A DNA stretch of 61,583 bases, filler included. It is 5 parts of 5 records of this genome, joined end to end, with 100 filler letters (N's around TTAATTAATTAA, not from the genome) between each part and the next. Parts side by side here need not be neighbours in the genome. Positions count along the whole stretch, not along the records: positions 23,601 to 44,047 come from DRR378314_1265; positions 44,148 to 49,472 come from DRR378314_1266; positions 49,573 to 61,583 come from DRR378314_1269; 2 more parts are not named here. One strand, 5' to 3'. Shown piece by piece: positions 41,759 through 53,163 of the stretch. The notes below the pieces were generated by a model that was given only the letters and a program-made list of their open reading frames with translations, ran no database searches and had not been told where the DNA came from. Position 1 is the stretch's first letter; every line of letters starts with the position of its first letter. A program made the position numbers and the translations under genes.

Positions 41759-43921
41759 TCAGAAGCGGCCGGTCCAGCCCAGTTCCACGGTGCGCGGCGC
41801 GCCCACGTAGACCTGGGTGGCGCTGTAGCCGGACCAGTCGGCGTAGAACTCGTCGGTGAGGTTGCGTCCGCGCAGGGTCAGGGTGCCGCTGGCCACCGGG
41901 TAGCTGACCCAGGCGTCCAGCAGGCTGCGCTCGTCCACCAGGTACTCATTGGCAGTGCCGGTGTAGAAGTCGCCGGTGTGGCGTACCGCGCCGCCCAGGG
42001 TCAGCGGCAGCGCCGCCAGGGTGTAGGCGCTGCTCAGGTTGGCGGTGGTTTTCGGCACGTTGGTGAGGCGGTTGCCGGACAGGTCCTCGCCGCCGGCGCC
42101 CAGCAATTGATCGTATTCGGCGTCGTTCCAGGCGCCGTTCAGGTTAATCCACCAGCGCTCATGGGGGCGCACCGTCAGGTCCACTTCCACGCCTTCGGCC
42201 TCGATGCCGCCGCCCTGCACGGACAGCGCCGGGTTGGCCGGGTCGCGGGTGACGATGTCGTCCTGATTCAAGCGGTACACGGCGGTGGTGAGCGTGACCC
42301 GGTCACGCCACAAATTGGCGCGTGCGCCCAGTTCGGTGGCGCGGCCGTCGCTCAGATCAAAACGCGCGTTGGTGGGGTTGCTGAGCAACAGGCTGCCGAT
42401 CGGCGATGACGCCTGATTGTACTGCGCGAACACCTGCATGTTGTTGGTCAGGTCGTAGACCGTGCCGAGCCGCCAGGAGAGGTCCTCGAAGGTTTGCCCG
42501 AAGGTGTCCCGGGTGCCGGCGCTCAGGTCGTCGATGCCCCGGTCCAGTTCCAGATATTCGTAGCGCAGGCCACTGACCAGCACCCAGTTGGGGGTCAGGT
42601 TGAGGGCGTCTTCCAGGAACACCGCGCCGCCGGACACGGTGCTGTCGAAGTCGGCCCGCGAGCCGTAGTTGGCCGGGCTGTTGGGCGGCAGATCACCACG
42701 GTCCGGGTTGAACGGGTCCACCGGGGTGGTGCCGCCGAAGCGGCGGCGGCTGTCGAAATCGGTGTACTGGTATTCGGCGCCCACCACCAGGCGGTGACGG
42801 CGCTCGCCCAGGTAACCGTCGTGGACGCCGTAGAAGCGATCGGTGGCGAAACGGTGGTGGTGGTTGATGCGGGTGGTGAGCCGGTCCAGTTGCCCGGTGG
42901 CGTCGTTGTAGGTGAAGTCTTCCGAGTTGGCCCAGTCCCGGTTGGCGTTGTAAAAGCTCAGCTCGTTGACCAGCCGCCAGGTGCCGCTGAGCTGATAGTC
43001 CGCCTTGGTGCGCAGCCACTGGCTGTCGGCGGCCATTTCGCCGTCGCGCACGTTGTAGTTGTTGTCGCGGATCGCTTCGTCCAGCACCAGGCCGCCGCCG
43101 GAGACCACGTCGCTGGGGTCGCGGGCCACGTCCTCGGGCAGCAGCGGCGCGCCCTGATAGGGGGTGGCGTAGCGGTCGCTGTACAGATCCAGGGCGGCGC
43201 TCAGGGTGAGCCGGTCGCTGGCGTGGACCAGGATGCCGGCGGTCAGCGCGGTGGTCTCGGCATCGGTGTCGTCCACATAGCCGCTGCTCCGGCTGTGGCT
43301 GAGGTCGGCGCGCACCGCCACGTTCGGATTGACCACCCGGTTGGTGCCCACGCCCAGCCGCAAGCTGTCGTGGCTGCCGTACTCCAGCATGCCGTCATAG
43401 CGGTCGCCGGCCAGGTCCGGCTTGCGGGTCACCAGGTTGAGGGTGCCGCCCAGGGCGCCGGTGCCGTGCAGCACCGAGGCCGGGCCCTTGAGCACTTCCA
43501 CCCGCTCCAGGTTCCAGGTGTCCAGGTTGCGCGACACCAGCGACGGGTCGGCCACACGCACGCCGTCGAACAGGTAGCCCACATCGGTGAGCCCGCGCAT
43601 CGACACCGAGGCCGGCGAGCCGGGGATGTTGCCGGCGGCCACGCCGGGGGCGCTGCGGTACAGTTCGATCAGATTACGCAGGCCGAGCTGTTCGATGTCC
43701 TCGCGGTCCACGCTGCTCACCGTGGCCGGCGTCTCGCGCTCGCTCAGGCCGAGACGGCCGTCGGTGGTGGTGGGCGTCACCGGGGCGGCGGCGGCGTCAT
43801 CGACGCGCACCGTCTCCAGCTGGTGGCCGGAGGGCGCCGACCAGGCGGCGGGCGCCAGTATCGTCAGGGCGATCGCCAGGGGGGCGTGGCGGGAAAAGCG
43901 GGACCGGGCAACAAACAACAC
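41759..43921 (-). CDS. TonB-dependent (siderophore-type) receptor
   Basis: TonB-box-like LETVRV, RETPATVS, ERVEVLKGPASVLHG, RNLTDEFY, terminal F. Confidence 0.92.
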   Translation of the reverse strand: MLFVARSRFSRHAPLAIALTILAPAAWSAPSGHQLETVRVDDAAAAPVTPTTTDGRLGLSERETPATVSSVDREDIEQLGLRNLIELYRSAPGVAAGNIPGSPASVSMRGLTDVGYLFDGVRVADPSLVSRNLDTWNLERVEVLKGPASVLHGTGALGGTLNLVTRKPDLAGDRYDGMLEYGSHDSLRLGVGTNRVVNPNVAVRADLSHSRSSGYVDDTDAETTALTAGILVHASDRLTLSAALDLYSDRYATPYQGAPLLPEDVARDPSDVVSGGGLVLDEAIRDNNYNVRDGEMAADSQWLRTKADYQLSGTWRLVNELSFYNANRDWANSEDFTYNDATGQLDRLTTRINHHHRFATDRFYGVHDGYLGERRHRLVVGAEYQYTDFDSRRRFGGTTPVDPFNPDRGDLPPNSPANYGSRADFDSTVSGGAVFLEDALNLTPNWVLVSGLRYEYLELDRGIDDLSAGTRDTFGQTFEDLSWRLGTVYDLTNNMQVFAQYNQASSPIGSLLLSNPTNARFDLSDGRATELGARANLWRDRVTLTTAVYRLNQDDIVTRDPANPALSVQGGGIEAEGVEVDLTVRPHERWWINLNGAWNDAEYDQLLGAGGEDLSGNRLTNVPKTTANLSSAYTLAALPLTLGGAVRHTGDFYTGTANEYLVDERSLLDAWVSYPVASGTLTLRGRNLTDEFYADWSGYSATQVYVGAPRTVELGWTGRF

Positions 43922-44008
43922 TGGGGCCTCCAGGCTGGCACATCGAGAGTGTGCGCAAGCCTAGCGGCCCGGTGGGCAAAGGGAATGCGGCAAATTGTCG
44001 CGGTGCGC

Positions 44009-44047
44009 TCAGGCGACGCCCTGGCTGCGCAGGTAGTCCTCGTAGCT
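44009..44047 (-). CDS. C-terminal fragment of a probable ABC-F ATPase (YbiT-like)
   Basis: SYEDYLRSQGVA* resembles the YbiT C-terminus. Confidence 0.45.
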   Translation of the reverse strand, partial: SYEDYLRSQGVA

Positions 44048-44147
44048 NNNNNNNNNNNNNNNNNNNNNNNNNNNNNNNNNNNNNNNNNNNNTTAATTAAT
44101 TAANNNNNNNNNNNNNNNNNNNNNNNNNNNNNNNNNNNNNNNNNNNN
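44048..44147. other. Artificial contig spacer
   Basis: N + TTAATTAATTAA + N. Confidence 0.98.
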
Positions 44148-44189
44148 AATATCTCGGGGTCCGGGGCAGCGCCCCGGTCCGTCTTCGCC

Positions 44190-46130
44190 TCAGTCGCCAC
44201 CAAGGAACTTCAGCAACTGCTTGCGTGCCTCTTCCTCAACGCGGCGCTTCAGCGCGTCATTGACGTCTTGTTCAGTTTCGACCGGCACGCCCAGCTCCTC
44301 GCTCAACTTGTCACGCACCGCTTGCTTGGCCTTCTCCTCGGCCTCATCCAGCTTCGGCTGCACCAGTTTGCTCAGATCCGGCTTGATCTCCGGGTCAAAC
44401 CAGGAACCACGGATCCGCACCGGCACGGATATGCCCGACGACGTATCGCTGGCGAATGCCGTAGGGGTGAAGGTGTAATCCAGATCCTGCGCGCCAAGCC
44501 CCACACGCCCCTCACCTTCGGCCTTCAGCACCTTGAGTGCAGCCCGCAGATCATCATTGCGCAGGGTGCCATCTTCCATCGCGAAACTGGCCGTCAGCCC
44601 CTCAAAGATGGTGGAGCCGCCATTGCCCCCGTCCGGGTCCATGATCGCCTGCAGGTCAAAGCCGGTGAAAAACCCTTTGCCAAGCTCCACGTTGCCCTTG
44701 CCATCCAGCGAGCTCATGATCTGGTCCATCGAATTGCCAACACCGAGGACATCCAGCGCCCCGGATGCCTCGCCGTGCAGCTTGTCATATCCCGCCAGCT
44801 GGCCCAGCGCCTCCTGCATCTGCACCTCGGCAAAGCTCAGCCGCGCGGCGACCGACAGGCCGTTGCGGTTGTTGGCAATCAACTCCCCCTGCACCGCGCC
44901 GCCGAAGGCCTGCACCGGCAGCAACGACAGCACCGCACGCGCGCGCTCAACCGCCACCGTCAGCCGGCTTGGTCCAAGCGTCAGCGAAGAGGTTTTCAGC
45001 CCCTGCACATCCAGCGAGATCTGCCCGTCCAACAGCGCAAGGGCCGAGGCATCAATCGGCTCCGTCGACCAGCCCCGCGCCGCAGCACCGCCCGTCCCTG
45101 CGCCCCCGGCGGAGGGCGCAGGTGCAGCATCCAGCGCACTTAGGTCGAGGACATCGCCCTTCAACGCCGCCGTCAGCTGCAGCGGCGAGGCGCTTGTGTT
45201 CACATCAGCCTCCCCCGTCACCGTGTTCTGATCCAGCGACAGGCTCAGGTCACGCAGCGCGATGCGGCCGTCCGGCGTATAGGTGGTGTCGGCAGAAAAT
45301 TCGACCGTCCGGCCCAGCCCCTGCGGGATCTCTGCCGGTGCAAGTCCCAACGCCGTCATCAACGCGCCCGTGTCCTCGCTTGCGCCCGTCACACGTCCGT
45401 CAAATGCGCCGGTCAGATCCGCCCGCCCATCCAGGCGCGCCTTGCTGGCCTGTGTCGTCACCGTCGCCCCGACCGAGGCCACCTGCCCCAGCAGGAATTG
45501 CTTGAAGCTTCCCACTTCCCCCTGAACCCGCACCGGTTTTCCCGATGGGCGCACTGTCAGATCTATCGTCGCGGTGCCGTTGGGATCAGGCCAAAGCAGG
45601 TTCAGGTCCACTTGGCTCATCTCGATCACGTCCTGACCATGCGGCGCATAGCGTAGCGACGCCCCGTTCAGCGTCACCGCCTCGATCGCAAATGAGGCGC
45701 TCTCATCCGTCGCACTCTCACCCGCTGCGTCCGCCTCGGACTGTGCGCTTTCAAACACCCAGTTGCCCGTTCCGTCCTCGCGGGTTTCCAGGTTGAGATG
45801 CGGTACGATCGCCGTCAGCTCGGTGATGCGCACATCGCCCCGGATCAGATCCGCCGCATCCACGCCGATCACCAGCCGCCCGGCGGTCAGCATCGGCTCC
45901 GGCCCCGCCCAATCCGCATTGGCAAGCGCCACGGTGTCGGCCTGAATACCCAGCGTCGGCCAGAGCGAGAAACGCACATCACCGCCAAACACCACCTGCC
46001 GCCCGGTCTGCTTCTCGATCTGCTGACCTGCCAGTTCGGCCAGCTTCTGCCCCGGCAGAAACGCCAGAATGGCAAGGGCCGCGGCAATGGTCAGGACGAT
46101 GGCAGTCAAAAGTCGGAGGATCAGGCGCAT
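44190..46130 (-). CDS. AsmA family protein
   Basis: N-terminal TM, QTGRQV..LWPTLG..LANADWA, GTLRNDDL, VPVRIRGSW. Confidence 0.9.
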   Translation of the reverse strand: MRLILRLLTAIVLTIAAALAILAFLPGQKLAELAGQQIEKQTGRQVVFGGDVRFSLWPTLGIQADTVALANADWAGPEPMLTAGRLVIGVDAADLIRGDVRITELTAIVPHLNLETREDGTGNWVFESAQSEADAAGESATDESASFAIEAVTLNGASLRYAPHGQDVIEMSQVDLNLLWPDPNGTATIDLTVRPSGKPVRVQGEVGSFKQFLLGQVASVGATVTTQASKARLDGRADLTGAFDGRVTGASEDTGALMTALGLAPAEIPQGLGRTVEFSADTTYTPDGRIALRDLSLSLDQNTVTGEADVNTSASPLQLTAALKGDVLDLSALDAAPAPSAGGAGTGGAAARGWSTEPIDASALALLDGQISLDVQGLKTSSLTLGPSRLTVAVERARAVLSLLPVQAFGGAVQGELIANNRNGLSVAARLSFAEVQMQEALGQLAGYDKLHGEASGALDVLGVGNSMDQIMSSLDGKGNVELGKGFFTGFDLQAIMDPDGGNGGSTIFEGLTASFAMEDGTLRNDDLRAALKVLKAEGEGRVGLGAQDLDYTFTPTAFASDTSSGISVPVRIRGSWFDPEIKPDLSKLVQPKLDEAEEKAKQAVRDKLSEELGVPVETEQDVNDALKRRVEEEARKQLLKFLGGD

Positions 46131-46246
46131 GGGTCGTGGCCCCTTTTTGGGAAATCAGCGGATGTCTGGCCCCAAAGTCAGGGCTTTGCGCCAGATTACA
46201 ACCCTCACCCGCGGGATCAATCCGGCCGTGTCCTCAAAACCATGGC

Positions 46247-47767
46247 TCAGCGCAGCCTAAACCGCTGGCGCAGCCCCAGACCGAGAAAAAACAGCAGCGG
46301 CAGCGAAAACACGGTTTGCAGGCCGCATAGCACCTGCGCACCGCGCGGAAGGGCCGCCAGCACATCCCCCAGAAACACCCGGCCAAAGCCAAACAGCGGA
46401 AAGAGGTTGGAAAAACTGAGCGCCGCCGCCGTGCCAAGATCGCTCTGAGTGAGTACGGATACTGCGCCGGGAAAGCAGAACACCGCCCAAAACGCCGCCA
46501 TCCCGACAAACCAGATCCCCGCCAGCCACCACAGGGGCCGCTGGATCGAATACCCAAAGTCAGACAGCCAGCCGTACAGCAGATAAGGCAGCCGCTGGCA
46601 GCATGAGCCTATCTGGCTGGCAAAGCGCATTTCCCGGCGAAAGAAGAAATGCGCCTCCTCCGGCAGCCCTTGCTGGGTCAGCACATGCCGGATGGTGGCA
46701 CAGCTTTGGCGGGCAGTTTCCAAGTTTTGCTTCGGGCTCTTGGGCCAATAGATCTGCCCATCAGAGCTTTTGTCCATATCAGTTACATCCGGCGAAGACT
46801 GCATCCGGGTCGTAAAGCTCATCCGGTCATGCAACAACGTAGAAGTAAAATCAGGATATGCTGTTTGAAAACTGACCTTGCGAAGATCCACCGGTTGGTG
46901 AAAGTCGCTTCCGAAAAACGTCACTGGATTCCCGCGAAACTCAGCCTCGTTGAACGTCACTCGGCCTCGGAAAACTGTGGAACTACAGTCAAAGCCATCT
47001 TGTACGAGCAGTTTCTCAGCCTCTACACGTCCTGCGACGTCGCAATCTCTGAAACCTAGACTTCCGTGAACTTCCATACCTCGCAGGCGCAAGTTGCCAC
47101 CAAATTTACTTCCGCTAAAGTCAACACGCGCATCCCTGCCGTTGACTTCTTTGAACACGGCTTTGGAAAGATTGACGTCCCCGGTAAAAGTTGCTGATTT
47201 CACCTCAACGTTGCCCGAAAATGTCGTTTGCGCTGCTGTGATCTGCCCTTGGACAAGAGTACCATTCCATCGGATCTTGCCCCCAATCTCCGCCTGCGAG
47301 AGATCAAGATTGCCGTACAACACGCTACCAGTGCTGCGAAAATCACGCGCGACTTTCGTTTGCGTCACTGCAAGGTCAGAATATACGAACATCCCATCCA
47401 GAATGAGGTGACCATCGACTTCAATCTGCGATAGGTCGACAGTTTGTTGGGGGCGCGGAAGATAGGGCAGTGACTGACCGCGCTCTACGAAGACTCGCTC
47501 GATTTCACCGCGGAGTTTATTCCAGCTATCAATCTCCGAACTGTTGCCATCGGAAACTAATCGCGCGACCTCCCACATTTTCTCTGTAGGCAAGTTTTGA
47601 CCTGCCCACGCGTTCCACGCCCGCCGGTTTTTCTCGTGCAATTCCCGATCAATCTCCTCCCCCTCCTGCTCGCCATACAGCGTCATCAGGATGTACCAGG
47701 GGTTTTCATTGGCCGGGCGCAGGCCCTCTGGGGTCTCTGGTGGGCGCGTGTCGGCGGAATCGGGCAT
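46247..47767 (-). CDS. Pentapeptide-repeat/beta-solenoid protein with C-terminal membrane domain
   Basis: [16 protein letters not shown]; repeats such as [36 protein letters not shown]; three hydrophobic segments. Confidence 0.8.
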   Translation of the reverse strand: MPDSADTRPPETPEGLRPANENPWYILMTLYGEQEGEEIDRELHEKNRRAWNAWAGQNLPTEKMWEVARLVSDGNSSEIDSWNKLRGEIERVFVERGQSLPYLPRPQQTVDLSQIEVDGHLILDGMFVYSDLAVTQTKVARDFRSTGSVLYGNLDLSQAEIGGKIRWNGTLVQGQITAAQTTFSGNVEVKSATFTGDVNLSKAVFKEVNGRDARVDFSGSKFGGNLRLRGMEVHGSLGFRDCDVAGRVEAEKLLVQDGFDCSSTVFRGRVTFNEAEFRGNPVTFFGSDFHQPVDLRKVSFQTAYPDFTSTLLHDRMSFTTRMQSSPDVTDMDKSSDGQIYWPKSPKQNLETARQSCATIRHVLTQQGLPEEAHFFFRREMRFASQIGSCCQRLPYLLYGWLSDFGYSIQRPLWWLAGIWFVGMAAFWAVFCFPGAVSVLTQSDLGTAAALSFSNLFPLFGFGRVFLGDVLAALPRGAQVLCGLQTVFSLPLLFFLGLGLRQRFRLR

Positions 47768-47921
47768 CAAAGTCTCACGTCATTGCAAATCAACTGCCCG
47801 GAGCCTAGCGCAGCTTTTGTGTTCCGCGAAAGGCAGATGGCCGCCCCGCCCCGTCAATCAGGGGCACATTGCGCGCAAACCCCCTATTCCCTTGACCGCG
47901 CGCGCGGTCTATAGGACGGCC

Positions 47922-49325
47922 ATGACCAGCAATCCGCCAGATCTCCGCCCCGACCTCGCGCCGAAACCCTCCTTTGGCGCCGCCCCCCGCAAGGACCAGC
48001 CGAGCCTCGGCATGGTCTCCCTCGGCTGCCCCAAGGCGCTGGTGGACAGCGAACGCATCCTGACGCGGCTGCGGGCCGAGGGCTATGGCATCTCCGCCGA
48101 TTACGCCGGCGCCGATGCGGTGATCGTCAACACCTGCGGCTTTCTCGACAGTGCCAAGGCCGAAAGCCTGGAGGCCATTGGCGAGGCGCTGAAGGAAAAC
48201 GGCAAGGTGATCGTCACCGGCTGTCTGGGGGCCGAACCCGATTACATCCGCGAACACCACCCGCGCATCCTCGCCGTGACCGGCCCGCATCAATACGAAC
48301 AGGTGCTGGATGCGGTGCATGCCGCCGTGCCGCCCAGCCCGGACCCGTTTGTGGACCTGCTGCCCGCCACTGGCGTCAGCCTCACACCGCGGCATTTCAG
48401 CTATCTGAAGATCTCAGAGGGCTGCAATCACAAGTGCAAGTTCTGCATCATTCCGGACATGCGCGGCAAGCTGGCCTCGCGCCCAGCCCATGCGGTGCTG
48501 CGCGAGGCGGAAAAGCTGGTTGGCGCCGGCGTGCGCGAACTCTTGGTGATCAGCCAGGACACCTCTGCCTATGGTCTGGATCGCAAATATGACGTAAACC
48601 CGTGGAAGGACGGCGAGGTCCGCAGCCATATCACCGACCTCACCCGCGCCTTGGGCGAACTCGCCCCCGCAGATGAGCTGTGGGTGCGGCTGCATTACGT
48701 CTACCCCTACCCGCATGTGCGCGAGCTGATCCCGCTGATGGCCGATCCTGCCAACGCGGTGCTGCCCTATCTCGACATCCCCTTCCAGCACGCCCACCCG
48801 GATGTGCTGCGCCGCATGGCCCGCCCTGCCGCTGGCGCCAAGACGTTGGACGAGATCCGCGCTTGGCGCGACATCTGCCCCGAGATCACCCTGCGCTCCA
48901 CCTTCATCGTCGGCTATCCCGGCGAGACGGAAGCGGAATTCCAGCATCTTCTGGACTGGATGGACGAGGCGCAGCTGGATCGGGTGGGCTGTTTCAAATA
49001 CGAAAACGTCCATGGTGCGCGTTCAAACGCGCTGCCGGATCATGTGCCCGAGGAGCTGAAGCAGGAGCGCTGGGAGCGGTTCATGCAGAAGGCGCAGGCA
49101 ATTTCCGAGGCGAAACTGGCCGCCAAGGTGGGACAGACCATGCAGGTTATCGTGGACGATATCGACGAAGACGGCGTCGCCACCTGCCGCACCAAGGCCG
49201 ACGCGCCAGAGATCGACGGCAACCTGTTCATCGACGAGGGCACCGATGCGCTGAACGTTGGCGATCTGGTAACGGTCGAGGTGGACGAGGCCGGGGAGTA
49301 TGACCTCTGGGGCGCGCTGCGCTAG
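47922..49325 (+). CDS. rimO: Ribosomal protein S12 methylthiotransferase
   Basis: [38 protein letters not shown]. Confidence 0.97.
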   Translation: MTSNPPDLRPDLAPKPSFGAAPRKDQPSLGMVSLGCPKALVDSERILTRLRAEGYGISADYAGADAVIVNTCGFLDSAKAESLEAIGEALKENGKVIVTGCLGAEPDYIREHHPRILAVTGPHQYEQVLDAVHAAVPPSPDPFVDLLPATGVSLTPRHFSYLKISEGCNHKCKFCIIPDMRGKLASRPAHAVLREAEKLVGAGVRELLVISQDTSAYGLDRKYDVNPWKDGEVRSHITDLTRALGELAPADELWVRLHYVYPYPHVRELIPLMADPANAVLPYLDIPFQHAHPDVLRRMARPAAGAKTLDEIRAWRDICPEITLRSTFIVGYPGETEAEFQHLLDWMDEAQLDRVGCFKYENVHGARSNALPDHVPEELKQERWERFMQKAQAISEAKLAAKVGQTMQVIVDDIDEDGVATCRTKADAPEIDGNLFIDEGTDALNVGDLVTVEVDEAGEYDLWGALR

Positions 49326-49418
49326 CCGCAACTATTCGCTCCGACCGAGAGGCCAGCCACCTTCCCCCCACGGGAGCCGAAATTACCTAAATTCGCCGAT
49401 GGCCGAAGTCCCATCCCA

Positions 49419-49472
49419 GCGCCCGAGCCTAGGTGGGTGCGCAAGCGCCCTCCCGGGGGGAGGGTCGGGCGC
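49419..49472. repeat. GC-rich palindromic REP-like element at contig end
   Basis: GCGCCCGA...TCGGGCGC enclosing a CCCTCCC-GG-GGGAGGG hairpin. Confidence 0.5.
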
Positions 49473-49572
49473 NNNNNNNNNNNNNNNNNNNNNNNNNNNN
49501 NNNNNNNNNNNNNNNNTTAATTAATTAANNNNNNNNNNNNNNNNNNNNNNNNNNNNNNNNNNNNNNNNNNNN
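49473..49572. other. Artificial contig spacer
   Basis: N + TTAATTAATTAA + N. Confidence 0.98.
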
Positions 49573-49761
49573 CTGGCATTGTGCCATGAACATGCGCCCA
49601 TCAACTTGCAGACAAATCGTTTCGCCCAGCTCAATCCGGTTATGGCTGCGGTCTGTGCAATAGCAATCGACCGTCTTGCCATTGGGGTAGGTTGCATCGG
49701 CAAAAGCTGCCGTAGGGGCGGGCAGGGCCATCAGGCCCGCAAGGAGGCAAAGGCGTTTCAT
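49573..49761 (-). CDS. Small exported Cys-containing hypothetical protein (truncated)
   Basis: Signal peptide; DCYCTD..ELGETICLQVDGRMFMAQC; divergent from prfA. Confidence 0.65.
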
Positions 49762-49824
49762 GCAGGCACCATAGCACGACGCGGCCCTTGACCAAAGCCC
49801 TTCTATCAGCGACAGCATCTGACC

Positions 49825-50880
49825 ATGATACCATTGGACCGCCTTGAACAAATTTCCCAACGTTTCCAGTTTCTGGAAGCCTCCATGTCATCTGGCTCGG
49901 ATGGCGCTGATTTTGCGGCCCTGGCCAAGGAATATGCGGATCTGCGTCCCGTGGTCGATCAGATCGATGCTTATATGCAATTGCTGCGCGATCTGGATGA
50001 GGCGCAGGTGATGATGGCCGATCCTGAGATGGCAGAGCTGGCGCAAGAGGAAATGCCGCGTATCAAGGCGGCTTTGCCGGAGGCGGAAGCGGCCTTGCAG
50101 GTGGCGCTTTTGCCCAAGGACGCGGCGGATGCGAAACCTGCGATGCTTGAGATCAGGCCGGGCACAGGCGGGGATGAGGCAGCCTTGTTTGCGGCAGACC
50201 TGTTGCGGATGTACCAACGCTATGCCGAAACACGCGGCTGGGGCTTTGATCTGATCGAAGAGCAGATGACCGAACTGGGCGGTGTCAAAGAGGTTGTGGC
50301 ACATATCACTGGCCAAAACGTGTTTGCGCGGCTGAAATACGAAAGCGGCGTGCACCGGGTGCAGCGGGTGCCAACCACCGAATCAGGGGGGCGCATTCAT
50401 ACCTCTGCGGCGACAGTGGCTGTTTTGCCTGAAGCCGAAGATGTGGACATTGAAATCAACGCCAATGACATTCGTATCGACACCATGCGCTCGTCAGGGG
50501 CAGGGGGCCAGCATGTGAACACCACCGATTCCGCGGTGCGCATCACGCATATTCCCACCGGAATCGTGGTGACCTCTTCGGAGAAGTCGCAGCACCGCAA
50601 CCGGGACAAGGCGATGCAGGTTCTCAAGGCGCGGCTCTATGATATGGAGCGGAGCCGGATGGATGATGAACGCTCTGCGGATCGCGCATCGCAGGTGGGG
50701 TCGGGGGACCGTTCAGAGCGGATCAGAACCTATAACTTCCCGCAAGGTCGCATGACCGACCATCGGATCAACCTGACGCTCTATCGGCTGGATGCGGTGA
50801 TGCAGGGTGATCTGGATGAAATTGTCGACGCTTTGACCGCAGATGCACAGGCCCGGCTGATGGCCGAGATGAACGGGTGA
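49825..50880 (+). CDS. prfA: Peptide chain release factor 1 (alphaproteobacterial type)
   Basis: [32 protein letters not shown]. Confidence 0.98.
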   Translation: MIPLDRLEQISQRFQFLEASMSSGSDGADFAALAKEYADLRPVVDQIDAYMQLLRDLDEAQVMMADPEMAELAQEEMPRIKAALPEAEAALQVALLPKDAADAKPAMLEIRPGTGGDEAALFAADLLRMYQRYAETRGWGFDLIEEQMTELGGVKEVVAHITGQNVFARLKYESGVHRVQRVPTTESGGRIHTSAATVAVLPEAEDVDIEINANDIRIDTMRSSGAGGQHVNTTDSAVRITHIPTGIVVTSSEKSQHRNRDKAMQVLKARLYDMERSRMDDERSADRASQVGSGDRSERIRTYNFPQGRMTDHRINLTLYRLDAVMQGDLDEIVDALTADAQARLMAEMNG

Positions 50881-51713
50881 GTACCGCCGCACAGGCCATG
50901 GCCACTGCTGCCTCACGTCTGCGCGCCGCCGGGGTGCCGGACCCTGCACGCGATGCGCGCCTGTTGTTGGCCCATGCCGCAAGTGTGGATGCGGCGCGGG
51001 TGACACTGATTGCACCCGAAGAGATCGCACCCGAAATTGCTGAAAGATATGAACAGCTTGTCGCCTTGCGGGCGGTGCGTGTGCCGGTGTCGCAACTGGT
51101 CGGCGCACGGGCGTTTTATGGCCGCGAGTTCAAAATCAGCCGCGAGGTGCTCGACCCGCGCCCGGAAACCGAGACGCTGATCGATCTGGCCCTTGGCGCG
51201 CCCTTCGATCGGGTGCTGGACCTTGGCACCGGATCGGGCTGCATCCTTGTGACGCTTCTGGCAGAGCGGCCTGATGCCACCGGCGTCGGGGCGGATCTGT
51301 CAGAAACCGCCTGTCTGCAAGCCAGTGCCAATGCGGTGCTGCATGAGGTCGCAGGGCAGGCAGAAATCATTCAGTCGGATTGGTTTGAGGCGGTTGCGGG
51401 GCGCTTTGATCTGATCGTGTCAAATCCGCCTTATCTGGCGGTCACGGAAATGGCGGATGTTGCGCCGGAATTGCGGGATCACGAGCCGCGGATGGCCCTG
51501 ACCGACGGGCTGGATGGCTTGTCGGTCTACCGGATCATTGCAGAGAATGCGCAATCCTATCTGACGGCAAATGGCCGTGTGATGGTTGAAATCGGTTGGC
51601 AGCAAGGCACGGCGGTTTGTGACATTTTCAGCCGTGCAGGCTGGGCCAGTGTTGAGCTGGCGCATGATCTAGATGGGCGGCCCCGTGTGGTTTGTGCAGC
51701 GCAACCGGCGTGA
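50877..51713 (+). CDS. prmC: Release factor glutamine methyltransferase
   Basis: [23 protein letters not shown]. Confidence 0.96.
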   Translation: MSTAAQAMATAASRLRAAGVPDPARDARLLLAHAASVDAARVTLIAPEEIAPEIAERYEQLVALRAVRVPVSQLVGARAFYGREFKISREVLDPRPETETLIDLALGAPFDRVLDLGTGSGCILVTLLAERPDATGVGADLSETACLQASANAVLHEVAGQAEIIQSDWFEAVAGRFDLIVSNPPYLAVTEMADVAPELRDHEPRMALTDGLDGLSVYRIIAENAQSYLTANGRVMVEIGWQQGTAVCDIFSRAGWASVELAHDLDGRPRVVCAAQPA

Positions 51714-51912
51714 AACTGCACTTTTTGCGCAAATTTAGCGGTTTTACCCTTGCCGTAGGGGCGTTGGCGTGGTTATTCAAAGATGTTGCAGCGGTGGATG
51801 CTTTCGGCGGTCCCGCGCGGTTTTTAACCCAACATTTTCTCGACCGATGATGCCCGCGCTTTGCGCAATCGGTCATTCTTCGCGAAACAGCACCAAAGGC
51901 TGATATCCTTTC

Positions 51913-52527
51913 ATGAAATCCACAAGATCCCGGGGCCGGTCCAAGAACAACCGCAACCGCAGTAATAACAATCAGGGCGGCAATGTCGTCAACCGCGTCT
52001 TTGACAGCTCCGGCCCTGAAGGCAAGGTGCGTGGCACGCCAAGTCAGGTGATTGAGAAATACAACCAGCTCGCCCGCGACGCCCAGCTCTCCAATGACCG
52101 TGTTGCGGCTGAGAACTTTCAGCAGCATGCGGAACATTATCTGCGGATGCTGTCCGAAGCCCAGCGTGAGATGGAAGAACGGCGCGAAGAGCAAGAGCGC
52201 CAGAACCGTGAACGTCAGGCCGAACGCGACCGTGAACGCGCCGAACGTCAGGAGCGTGAGGCCAACAATCAGGGCGGCCAGCAGCAACAGCAGGGCGGAC
52301 AGCAGCCCCAGCATGGCGGTAAAGAGCCACGCGGCGGACATGCTGCGGATGGTGACCAGCCGATTGTCGAGCCAGAGGCGGAAGAAGACAGCGGTCTGGT
52401 GGATACCCCTGAAAGCAAGCCCAAGCCGAAACGCGCGCCCCGCCGCAAACCCAAGCCAAAGGCCCAGCCTGAGGCAAAGCCGGACAGCAGCGGCGACAGT
52501 GGCGATCAGCCAGAGGCCGCAGAATAA
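51913..52527 (+). CDS. DUF4167 domain protein
   Basis: NRVFDSSGPEGKVRGT..EKYNQLARDA..ENFQQHAEHY. Confidence 0.9.
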   Translation: MKSTRSRGRSKNNRNRSNNNQGGNVVNRVFDSSGPEGKVRGTPSQVIEKYNQLARDAQLSNDRVAAENFQQHAEHYLRMLSEAQREMEERREEQERQNRERQAERDRERAERQEREANNQGGQQQQQGGQQPQHGGKEPRGGHAADGDQPIVEPEAEEDSGLVDTPESKPKPKRAPRRKPKPKAQPEAKPDSSGDSGDQPEAAE

Positions 52528-52530
52528 CCC

Positions 52531-52558
52531 AAAGCCCCGCCAGAGAGCGGGGCTTTTT
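52531..52558. terminator. Bidirectional Rho-independent terminator
   Basis: AAAGCCCCGC-CAGAGA-GCGGGGCTTTTT between convergent genes. Confidence 0.85.
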
Positions 52559-52575
52559 GTATCCGGTCTGCGGGG

Positions 52576-53163
52576 TTAGTCGATGGGCGGTGCTGCCAAT
52601 GACCCTTCCGTGCGGTGGATATAGTGAATACGGCCTTTGTCGCGCAGGACCTGCGCGCGGGGCAGCCAGTTGTAGCGGCTGTCCTGGGTTACCGGGGACC
52701 AGAAAAGCCGCCCGCCGCCGCGCCAGGGGTCAATCACCACACCGTCTTTCATATTGGCCCCGGTAGGGATCAGGACGGCGGTACTGTGATCAATCAGGAA
52801 CCGCGTATGTGAATTGGCAATGGCGCGCGTCACATCCAGCGTTTCAAAGCCTTCTGCCAGCAGCCGCGCCTGCATGTCTTCAGCCCAGTGATAACACAGG
52901 CCGCGTGGCTTGGTGCCTGCGTTCACCTTGCTGTTATGGATCAGCGGATGGTCCGTTATCTGATAGGTTTGCGCCAATGCAAAGGCGGTTTGATAGGAGA
53001 TCCGTGCGGCACGATCTGCTTCCCATGGGTCCACATCCGGTGACATCTGGCGCAGGCTTTGGGCAAGGGCGGTGACTTGGGGTTCCGTGGCCGTCACCGG
53101 GCCTTTGGTCGCGCAGGCCGTCAGGACCACAAGCAGAATAAAGGCTGACATCAGCCGTTTCAT
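52576..53163 (-). CDS. Hypothetical lipoprotein with putative Cys-His-Asp triad
   Basis: Lipobox [26 protein letters not shown]. Confidence 0.75.
   Translation of the reverse strand: MKRLMSAFILLVVLTACATKGPVTATEPQVTALAQSLRQMSPDVDPWEADRAARISYQTAFALAQTYQITDHPLIHNSKVNAGTKPRGLCYHWAEDMQARLLAEGFETLDVTRAIANSHTRFLIDHSTAVLIPTGANMKDGVVIDPWRGGGRLFWSPVTQDSRYNWLPRAQVLRDKGRIHYIHRTEGSLAAPPID

Noticed and set aside
49825-51713. Duplication of prfA-prmC
   Set aside because: The copies lie on different contigs from different bacterial classes
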